A stretch of 64,000 nt of DNA from Chloroflexota bacterium (GTDB lineage: Bacteria; Chloroflexota; Anaerolineae; Anaerolineales; UBA11579), in assembly GCA_023485685.1 (NCBI GenBank), contig JAMCZK010000013.1, positions 442-64,441 on the forward strand. Reading direction: 5' to 3'. The notes below the pieces were generated by a model. The model had not been told where the DNA came from and searched no databases. It was given only the letters and a program-made list of their open reading frames with translations. Both the position numbers and the translations under genes were made by a program. Positions 57,301-64,000 of the stretch are shown one piece after another. Positions within the stretch are counted from its first letter, which is position 1; each line of letters opens with the position of its first letter.

Positions 57301-58758
57301 GGTATCACGATTACGGGAACCTTCAATGTCTTTAGCAATAATGCGAATGGGCTCGAGGGTACCAGCCGGCGCGCCATCAGCATCTCTAATCTAGAAGCCT
57401 CGTCCAATACCGGTTATGGCGCAAGCCTAAGCAATTATGCTAACCCGCCTTCTCCTCAAGGCATAACCATAACCGGGTACGCGATTTTTGATGACAACGG
57501 TAGTGGGCACGGATTGTTTGTAAGAACCTGGGGAGCTATCACCATCCAAAATCTCAGCGCTTCAAATAATGGCGCGCAAGGCGCCACCCTGGATAATGCC
57601 GAGGCCGGCGCAACCGGTGCAGTGACGCTGACAGGAATTCAGACGCTCGTCGACAATGATGGTTCCGGTCTCGAAATTATCAGCAACCGGGCGGTGACGA
57701 TCAGCAACATTACTGCTTCGCTGAACAATAATTACGGGTTATCCATTGACAATAAGGCTGCCGGCCTAGTTTACGATGTGACCCTCACGGGAAGCAATAC
57801 ATTCAGTGAAAATGATCGGATTGGATTGGATATCCGCACCTACGGCGCCATAACGCTCAACAACATCACCGCAAACAAAAATGGCCTTGATGCCTTGGAG
57901 GATTTTGGCTATGGTGCCTATTTGGATAATCAGACCGGCGCGACTACAGCCAAACCGATTACCCTGACAGGCGCCAATACCTTTAATGAGAACTTCGAAG
58001 ACGGCTTACTGGCTCTATCTCTGGGGCAGATCAAGGTGAATTCGCTTTCGGCAATTGGGAATAGCGGCGACGGGGTCAATCTCGATAACCGGTTAGGCAC
58101 GGCCGGCATTGCTTTGACGGGAGTGAATAATTTTCAAGACAATGCGGGTTACGGTTTGCTCGTGCTCAGCCGGGGCAGCATTTCAGTAGTCAACTTGACT
58201 GCCAATCTCAATCGTTCCGGCGGCGCCAAGGTGGATAATTCAGGATCAAGCTTCGCTGCAACTGTGTCCATCAGCGGCATAAATACCTTCAGTGCAAATG
58301 GAACTGTAGATGTCGAAGGAGCGGGTCTGCTGGTAAAAAGTCGCAGCACTATCACATTGAGCAATCTGACTGCCGATGGCAATCTCTTTTATGGCGTCCA
58401 ATTGGACAATCAGACCAATGCGCTGGGAACGCCCTCGATTAGTCTGACAGGCGTCAATTCTTTCTCTGGCAACAGGAGTACGGGATTGTTCGTCCAGGCT
58501 GGCGGAGATGTCAATCTCTCCAAACTGGTTGCCGATGGCAATACCGGGGATGGCCTGTTCGTCGCTTCGGTCAAGAATGTGAGCCTGACCTGCGGGAGTC
58601 TGACGGCCAATGAGGGAACCGGGGTGACCATTTATGCTCTTACCGGAACGGTCACCCTCAAAGGTGTGTTCGCTTACGGAAACGATGATCCCCTGGGCGG
58701 CAACTCCGACGTGCACGCCGGAAAACTGGTGACGTCTCTCGGCTGCCCGCTGAAGTAA
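54337..58758 (+). CDS. Giant secreted protein with about 20 right-handed beta-helix-type repeat units (paralog 1)
   Basis: 1473 aa from ATG 54337, which follows GAGGAG. It has a signal peptide, an acidic Glu/Ala/Pro linker and a Cys module (GDPIWCP...GGC). Then come about 57-aa units of the form (V/I)TLTGxNxFxxNxxxGLxIxSxGAITLxNxTAxxNGxxGxGAxLDN. Confidence 0.8.
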   Translation: MKNIAFFRMLLGSLFLVLLLGAVLPITALADGGNPPADPAPTDTTSVAESSNDEADESEVVSIEPSSSEELPELNENAASDAGGTAAADVNEISSSVELDVEALPTDGTPTLEEGEAEIAGETANEGPNPENVAATILEEEPVAGQPEDLASIEIAVADETGEALPLASEAAAEILASGDPIWCPVSVAVPKPNSGGCTASFTSLADLFAELTAHPKNVDGTIWIEKDYSSGVDATLDGANINLATMRNFKLTLKGGWNGCGVNPPATCVGTIDTLSPSEITHQVNILAWNNDVTLSDLLITDVSGDGSALSVATTGTITLTRVEVSDNDGPGARLDNTAGTKDISITASTFNNNADGDGLNVTSNGLVTLKDVEATHNGAGGASINNVSLTLKNVTLLGTNVFSENLGHGLEIRSSGQVNLSNLVNNVNGNYGLWIDNSSSTKTVIISGTNEFKFNGGGLKVLSNGAITINNITATNNSVFEGALIDNSGGLAANVALTGTNVLNFNQLDGLHILSKGVITLNKTTASDNGLGGVNGYGAWLDNSDATSARAIVINTGTFSDNLEGGLLATSKGAITISKLVANGNEGTGAELSNLGADPLAPQNIVLTGSVAASLNEGAGLDIHSLGAITLALVTANGNQGDGAILTAAKSVTITGTSSFNENGAAGLSITSKGWITLSNITANSNIDQGVLLDNNFEGSTGNVSINGVSEFSKNHKTGLQISTRGSVLITNLHALGNLAKGVAIDNSVDGFQGSVTVGTMLLNWCNEISLNASSGLEISSNGTVTLTNVCASGNGRFETPGYGAVIDNSTANSPKAVVLNGVNSFTDNYTGGIQILSNGSIKVANLTASNSIHGFGATLDNASDVNKPQSITFTGFNQVSANYGNGLTVTTYGAVLINNLTASSNGANGGSGYGAWLDNCNMIDGECNTVTPQSITLTGRNSFSSNMGNGLKILGLGAIMVNNVGATSNSGTGAILNNDFDGAVGGITITGTFNVFSNNANGLEGTSRRAISISNLEASSNTGYGASLSNYANPPSPQGITITGYAIFDDNGSGHGLFVRTWGAITIQNLSASNNGAQGATLDNAEAGATGAVTLTGIQTLVDNDGSGLEIISNRAVTISNITASLNNNYGLSIDNKAAGLVYDVTLTGSNTFSENDRIGLDIRTYGAITLNNITANKNGLDALEDFGYGAYLDNQTGATTAKPITLTGANTFNENFEDGLLALSLGQIKVNSLSAIGNSGDGVNLDNRLGTAGIALTGVNNFQDNAGYGLLVLSRGSISVVNLTANLNRSGGAKVDNSGSSFAATVSISGINTFSANGTVDVEGAGLLVKSRSTITLSNLTADGNLFYGVQLDNQTNALGTPSISLTGVNSFSGNRSTGLFVQAGGDVNLSKLVADGNTGDGLFVASVKNVSLTCGSLTANEGTGVTIYALTGTVTLKGVFAYGNDDPLGGNSDVHAGKLVTSLGCPLK

Positions 58759-58869
58759 GAGGCGGTTGCATCCAAACCCGCCTCTAGCCTGATTGGTTGC
58801 ATTGCGCAACAAGATCTGACGAGCTACCGCTTTCGTGGGCCTAACGGTTTATGGCAAATACCCAGCCTT

Positions 58870-59580
58870 TCAATTAAGAGCTGACCTGTAAGCTTTCAAC
58901 ATAAGCACAGTCTCTGAGCGAAGTTTGTTTTTCACCCAAACCTTTTCCTTCTCCCCCAGCAGCTCGCCCAAGCCTTGCAGGATTTGGTTGTCTTTCACCT
59001 CTTCGATGATAGAGATGCAATCCTCCAAATAGGGCTTGACGGCCTGGCCTGTTCTTAATCGAACCACCTTTTCATCAATGTCCCAGATTTCTTTGGCAAA
59101 AAACCAGATGTCGTATATATCCCGCATCGCAATTTCCTTGCGAGTGGTCAGGGCCGCCAACTTGCTGGCAAATAAATAGGGCTTTTTCCCCACCATCATC
59201 GATATGCCTAAATAATCTTTGAGTTCAAAATGCTCTTCGATGCTGGGTATGAGAAGACGGGTATTGATTTCGATCTTGATGTTCCTGTCCTTTTCCCTGT
59301 AAGTAAGCAGCCAAAACAAAGTGTGCCGCTTTATCTGGCTTTGCTTGATTTGGCAATGCCTTCTGGCAATATTCTGAATGGCTTCGCCTACCCGGGAAAG
59401 AATCTCCTGTTTCGTGGCGAAAAGGTCGAAATCCAAATCCACGGAAAAGCGCGGCAGGCCGTAGAAAATATAAGCGCAGGTGCCTCCTTTCAGGCCTAAA
59501 AGCCCGGCGATGGAGGTCGTCGAATAGATGTCCTGCAAAATCCTTCCCATAATAAGCTGGTGCTTTTCTCTATTCAGCAT
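58870..59580 (-). CDS. AbiEii/AbiGii-family nucleotidyltransferase toxin (type IV TA / abortive infection)
   Basis: 236 aa. LGLKGGTCAYIFYGLPRFSVDLDFDL matches the DUF1814/AbiEii N-terminal signature. The gene is AT-rich. Confidence 0.78.
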   Translation of the reverse strand: MLNREKHQLIMGRILQDIYSTTSIAGLLGLKGGTCAYIFYGLPRFSVDLDFDLFATKQEILSRVGEAIQNIARRHCQIKQSQIKRHTLFWLLTYREKDRNIKIEINTRLLIPSIEEHFELKDYLGISMMVGKKPYLFASKLAALTTRKEIAMRDIYDIWFFAKEIWDIDEKVVRLRTGQAVKPYLEDCISIIEEVKDNQILQGLGELLGEKEKVWVKNKLRSETVLMLKAYRSALN

Positions 59581-60142
59581 ATTCCTTTTGATATCCTATT
59601 AGACGCTTGAGCAACTGCTTGTTTTTATAAATCGAAATTAGCTGTTTGCATTTTGTCCAATCGACCGGGGAAAGGTTATCGAAATAATAGGTTGGGAACA
59701 GATAAATCATGTCGAGGAAGGCTCTTTCGGGCTCGGCGATGCTGTAGTTTTCCTTGAACAGGGTGCCAGCTGGATTGAAAAGGACGACATCCTTGAGTTT
59801 CCTGAACGTGAACTTGTGCCCGTCGACCTGCAGAGCGGCCGAACGCTTGGCAGCCACAAAGATCGTCTCGTAGTGCTGGAAGATCATTCCGGCTTCCCGA
59901 AGAACGGTTTCGAAACTAATGTAGGATGGTGCATAGATACTCGTCGCCAATTCCCTGGGGTTGTAATCTTTGCCAAGGGCGAAGATGCTTCGGCTTAAGC
60001 GAATGAGGATCCCTCGTTTGGCGTAGTAGGCCGCTTTTGCCTTTAGATGATCATAGTTGGTTTCCTGCCAAATGAGGGCCAAATCCTTGAGGGTAACGAC
60101 GGTTTTTTTGGTTTGGTAAAGCCTTACGACTGGATTTCTCAT
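59570..60142 (-). CDS. AbiEi-family antitoxin / transcriptional regulator
   Basis: 190 aa, located upstream of AbiEii with an 11-nt overlap. An N-terminal wHTH-like region and a YISFETVLREAGMI segment are typical of AbiEi. Confidence 0.68.
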   Translation of the reverse strand: MRNPVVRLYQTKKTVVTLKDLALIWQETNYDHLKAKAAYYAKRGILIRLSRSIFALGKDYNPRELATSIYAPSYISFETVLREAGMIFQHYETIFVAAKRSAALQVDGHKFTFRKLKDVVLFNPAGTLFKENYSIAEPERAFLDMIYLFPTYYFDNLSPVDWTKCKQLISIYKNKQLLKRLIGYQKEYAE

Positions 60143-60403
60143 AACTTTATAACACCGAAGCGATAAAATTTATTACTTCCATGATAAATTATTGCGCTGC
60201 GGATGTCAATAGCGGACCCATAATTTGCGAGGTGGGTATAAGGGTTGGCTAAGGAAAGCAGGGACATTTGCCCCTTGCGTTTTTGTAAGGATAGTTTTAG
60301 CATCAAACTCAGATTAAGCCCGAAAGGGAGGAAGGCGGCGGGTTTCTTTGGCCGCAGATTAGTGCTTGATTTTTCCCCTAAGTAGTCTCAAGAAGGAGAA
60401 AAC

Positions 60404-63400
60404 ATGAAACCAGCATTTTTGCGCGTCCTGACCAGCGCCATTCTCTTGGCGTTCCTGTTCGCTGCGGCATTGCCCGCAGCTGCCTTCGCCGACGAAGGCA
60501 CCCCGCCGCCCACGGAGGAACCGGCGCCGCCGCCTGATGACGGCAGCGAGCCGGCCCCCGAGGAGGTTGCCTCTGATCCTGTCGAGGAAGCCGCGCCGAG
60601 CGAAGAGATAGCTCCCGAGACTGTTGAGGAAGCCGCGCCTAGCGAAGAGGTTGCCTCCGATCCTATAGAGGACCCTGCGGCGAGCGAAGAGATTGCTCCC
60701 GTCGAGAGTCCCGAAGAGGCTGCCTCCAGTGAAACTGCGGCAGAACCCGAGGTCGTCGAGGAGCCAGTGGTTGATGAACCAGCCATCGAGGATCCTGGCT
60801 TACTGCTCTCCGAGTTGCCGGAAGGCACTGAAGTGGTGGTGCTGGATGAGGCTGGCGAACCCCTGTCCCTGGCTAGTGAAGAAGCCGCGGATCTGCTTGC
60901 TACTGGCGACCCGATTTGGTGCCCAAGCGGCATGACGCCGGCGGCCGGGCCTGATGTATGGGCTGGAGGATGCTCTCCGTCGTTCTTGGGTCTGGATGAA
61001 CTGGAAGCCTGGCTGTACACGTATGACCCTACAGTCAATGGCGTGATCTGGATCGAAAAGACTTATGCCGATCCGAGCGGGCTTGATCTGGATGGGGGCT
61101 TTCTGACCAACATGGCGATCAAAACCTTGGCGGTTAAAGGCGGGTGGACCGGTTTGGGAACTGCGACAGTTGATACGGCAAATCCCTCCGAGGTAAACGA
61201 CTTTATCTGGATCTATAACTGGGCCAACGATGTGACCCTCAGCGATATCATCATCGATTCAACAGATAATACGGGCCTATATATCGATACCTCTGGCAAG
61301 GTCACTCTTACGCGGGTGGATGCTACCAACAATGACGGACACGGTGCTTATATAGAAAATACTGATGGCACCAAGGACGTAATGATTACTGATGGTGAGT
61401 TTACGGGTAATGGCGAATTTGGTGGCAACGGCTTGGTGGTGTACTCCAAAGGGGCCATCACACTGGCCAACGTGATTGCAAATGAGAACTGGGAGAAAGG
61501 CGCACTGCTGGTTAACTGTGCCTGGGATGATGTATTAGGGTGCACAGGCGCAGCGAGCGCCAAGCCCGTCACCCTGACCAGCGGCGCCTTCGAATTCAAT
61601 TACAACGGGGACAACGGCCTGGAGATCTATTCCGGTGGCGCCATCATGCTCAAAGACATGGACGTGATCGGCAATGCTGGCAGTGGGAACAATGGCCTCT
61701 GGCTGGACAACACAGCCGGCACGGGAATAGTCAGCCTCACCGGCACCAACGTCATTTCGGAGAACGCACCCGGCGGGCTGGTAGTTTTTAGCAATGGAGC
61801 TGTCACGGTTAACAATCTGGTGGCCAATTCCAATGGTTCCTGGTCGGGCGCGTACATCGATAATTCGACCGCCGGTTCAGCGCAACCGGTGACCCTAACT
61901 GGGTTCGTGGAAGCCAAATTCAATGGCCGCGGACTGCATATCCTTTCCAATGGCGTGATCACCCTGAACAACGTGAACGCCTCCAACAATACCAACAATT
62001 GCGAGGAATGCGGCGGCGCCTACCTTAGAAACGATTTTGCGTTCACTTCCGGGGTCAGCATATTGGGCACCAATATCTTCAACGACAACGGCGCCGGCGG
62101 GCTGACTGTTTGGAGTAAGGGAGTTATCAACATCAACAACCTGACGGCCAATGGAAACTCCATGTACTGTGTTTTGAATGAGGACGATGAATGCGATGGG
62201 TTTGACGGCGGCGACGGCGCTTATCTTGATAATCACAATGCTGTTACTCCAATGGCCGTCACCATCACCGTGAGCGGCGGCAACACGGACACCGAGTTGA
62301 AGGGTAATGAGGGTGACGGCATTCAAGTACTAAGCAAGGGTGCGATTAGCCTGAGCGGAGTAGTAGCTTGGAGTAACGGCTACGGCGGCTACCTGGATAA
62401 CTGGTGGGACGGCGCGGTTGGCGGCATCAGCTTCACCGGCTGGGGCGCGAGCTTTAGCTACAACGACAACTATGGGCTTGAGGCGTACAGCAAAAGTGCC
62501 ATTACCGTCGCTCACTTGTATGCCTGGGGTAATGGTGGATACGGGGCTTACATAGAAAATATGGGGAATGTGACCTTTAGCGGAGATAGCAGCTTTGGTG
62601 ATAACGGGGGCAGCGGCCTGGAGATCGCCAGCCATGGCGCTATCTCCCTGAACACCTTGTACGCTGCTCGCAACGCCGGAATAGGTGTTGACCTATACAA
62701 CGCATACGAAGGTATTTCACAAAATGTCAATTTAACAGGTGCTAGCTACGAGTTCCAAGAGAACGCCCTCGGGCTGGTCATCTCTTCCTTTGGCACTATC
62801 ACGATCGCCAACATCAACGCTCATGACAACGGGGACTTTGGCGCAGTGCTGGATAACTGCCTGCAGGAAGGCGGCGCATGCTGGAATCCGGCGGCCAAGA
62901 CAGTTACCTTGACCGGGGACAATACCTTCGAACGCAACGAATGGACTGGCCTGGATATCAGCAGCAAGGGCAGCATCACGATAAATAATGTGATCGCCAG
63001 TGACAACGGCGGGTTTGGCGCCTACTTGGATAACCAGTGGCCAGGCGCCGTTGGCGCAGTTAATGTCAATAACACTCCCACCTATTGGCCGGAATTCTCC
63101 GGCAATGGGATGGACGGCCTGACGATTTACAGTAATGGGGCTGTAACGGTCAAAGACCTGGACGCTTACGATAATGGTTGGTGGGAGGACACATCCTACA
63201 CTTTCGGGTACGGCGTTTATATCAACACTTACGGTAATGTCATGCTGGGTACCAGCCGCTCCGGATGGTGGAATAGCTTGAGCAATAACTTCCTGTCTGG
63301 TTTGGAAATCTACACCAGTGGGACTGTAACGCTCAGCAATCTGACCGCCTGGGGTAATGGTTGGGAAACTGAAGATCCTGAATACATCCCGTACGGCTAT

Positions 63401-64000
63401 GGGGCCTATATATGGAATGCTGATGGAGTTCTGAAAGCCGTCACGCTGAACAGCACCAATGGTGTTAACTATTTCGCTGATAACGCCTCTGGCGGTCTGT
63501 ACATTTACACCGGTGGGGCGGTCACACTCAACAACGTGGAGGCTAGAGACAATGGCATTCGCACGGAGGCCGGAGACGGCGTCCATGTGGATACCTGCCT
63601 CTGGAACGATGTATCGTGTGATATCACCAGCGCGCCGCAGGCTGTGAATGTCAAGGGCAACAATGTATTCGAGAACAACTGGAACAACGGCCTCAGTATC
63701 CAGGCGAAAGGCGCCATCACCGTCAATAACATCGACGCCAATTACAACGGCGATGGGGCTGAGCTATACAACTGGTTCACCGGCCCATCCACGCCGCAGA
63801 ATGTGACCCTAACCGGTTATGGTAACTTCTTCGGCAACTACAACAACGGTCTGGATATCCAAACCTATGGCACCGTGCTAGCTGCTAACCTGGACGCGGA
63901 GGACAATGGGCAGGGAAGTGGAGATTATGGTACCGGCGTTTACATCGATAATTACCTGGGAGTTGTCCATACTCCGAAACCCATTACCCTGACAGGCAAC
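60404..64000 (+). CDS. Giant secreted beta-helix repeat protein (paralog 2), 3' end beyond the window
   Basis: Absent from the ORF track because the frame stays open to the window end (1199 codons). ATG 60404 follows AAGGAG. It has a signal peptide (LPAAAFA), an acidic repeat linker, the same GDPIWCP Cys module, and then repeat units like paralog 1 but richer in Trp, Tyr and Cys. Confidence 0.8.
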   Translation, partial: MKPAFLRVLTSAILLAFLFAAALPAAAFADEGTPPPTEEPAPPPDDGSEPAPEEVASDPVEEAAPSEEIAPETVEEAAPSEEVASDPIEDPAASEEIAPVESPEEAASSETAAEPEVVEEPVVDEPAIEDPGLLLSELPEGTEVVVLDEAGEPLSLASEEAADLLATGDPIWCPSGMTPAAGPDVWAGGCSPSFLGLDELEAWLYTYDPTVNGVIWIEKTYADPSGLDLDGGFLTNMAIKTLAVKGGWTGLGTATVDTANPSEVNDFIWIYNWANDVTLSDIIIDSTDNTGLYIDTSGKVTLTRVDATNNDGHGAYIENTDGTKDVMITDGEFTGNGEFGGNGLVVYSKGAITLANVIANENWEKGALLVNCAWDDVLGCTGAASAKPVTLTSGAFEFNYNGDNGLEIYSGGAIMLKDMDVIGNAGSGNNGLWLDNTAGTGIVSLTGTNVISENAPGGLVVFSNGAVTVNNLVANSNGSWSGAYIDNSTAGSAQPVTLTGFVEAKFNGRGLHILSNGVITLNNVNASNNTNNCEECGGAYLRNDFAFTSGVSILGTNIFNDNGAGGLTVWSKGVININNLTANGNSMYCVLNEDDECDGFDGGDGAYLDNHNAVTPMAVTITVSGGNTDTELKGNEGDGIQVLSKGAISLSGVVAWSNGYGGYLDNWWDGAVGGISFTGWGASFSYNDNYGLEAYSKSAITVAHLYAWGNGGYGAYIENMGNVTFSGDSSFGDNGGSGLEIASHGAISLNTLYAARNAGIGVDLYNAYEGISQNVNLTGASYEFQENALGLVISSFGTITIANINAHDNGDFGAVLDNCLQEGGACWNPAAKTVTLTGDNTFERNEWTGLDISSKGSITINNVIASDNGGFGAYLDNQWPGAVGAVNVNNTPTYWPEFSGNGMDGLTIYSNGAVTVKDLDAYDNGWWEDTSYTFGYGVYINTYGNVMLGTSRSGWWNSLSNNFLSGLEIYTSGTVTLSNLTAWGNGWETEDPEYIPYGYGAYIWNADGVLKAVTLNSTNGVNYFADNASGGLYIYTGGAVTLNNVEARDNGIRTEAGDGVHVDTCLWNDVSCDITSAPQAVNVKGNNVFENNWNNGLSIQAKGAITVNNIDANYNGDGAELYNWFTGPSTPQNVTLTGYGNFFGNYNNGLDIQTYGTVLAANLDAEDNGQGSGDYGTGVYIDNYLGVVHTPKPITLTGN
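60546..60712 (+). repeat. In-frame 42-nt (14-aa) tandem repeats encoding the acidic linker of paralog 2
   Basis: Units at 60584-60625 and 60626-60667 (EEAAPSEE[I/V]A[P/S][E/D]..) plus degenerate flanking copies. Confidence 0.6.

Noticed and set aside
60388-61038. 216-aa Ser/Gly/Ala-rich minus-strand ORF
   Set aside because: It is antisense to the acidic linker of giant paralog 2, so its low-complexity translation is a mirror of the Glu/Ala/Pro repeats. The + strand frame has a signal peptide, an RBS and 1199 open codons.

Overview
This is a 64-kb chromosomal window from a moderately GC-rich bacterium. Gene content and regulatory sites suggest a Chloroflexota (Anaerolineae-like) genome, by inference only: CIRCE-controlled hrcA-grpE-dnaK-dnaJ and groES-groEL, a Gram-positive-type GAAC-N4-GTTC SOS box, Avd-like four-helix-bundle ORFs, giant beta-helix exoproteins and many lipoproteins. 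Housekeeping genes are a partial LivJ-type binding protein, gyrB, folD, a PfkB kinase with parA-parB, miaB, the two heat-shock operons, prmA, trmD and a LOG-family gene. Eight parts are accessory or unusual. (1) At 4.7-16.6 kb lies a GntR-linked nitrogen-heterocycle catabolic cluster: an SsnA/ATZ-TRZ-like amidohydrolase, two non-canonical transcarbamylases, carbamate kinase, two PLP enzymes and a D-hydantoinase. Two AT-rich four-helix-bundle mini-cassettes, each bracketed by inverted arrays of 8-nt periodic repeats, interrupt it. (2) Three degenerate Nuo/Mrp antiporter-like membrane proteins are coupled to the hydantoinase gene. (3) A ~175-nt nested inverted repeat lies beside parB. (4) A polytopic-membrane LuxR regulator sits next to two tandem beta-lactamase-fold paralogs that share a 30-nt upstream box. 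(5) The best candidate for an undescribed system is a ~4.3-kb insertion between dnaJ and prmA. It carries a LexA-box promoter driving a P-loop-less RecA-like protein, a 118-aa helical protein and a divergent family-B DNA polymerase that looks proofreading-deficient. (6) A 7-nt periodic palindromic array lies between dnaK and dnaJ. (7) Two giant paralogous secreted beta-helix repeat proteins are separated by an AT-rich AbiEi/AbiEii module. (8) Three small accessory genes are frameshifted. No rRNA, tRNA, CRISPR array, transposase or integrase was recognised. All family assignments come from motif reading by eye, with no database search.
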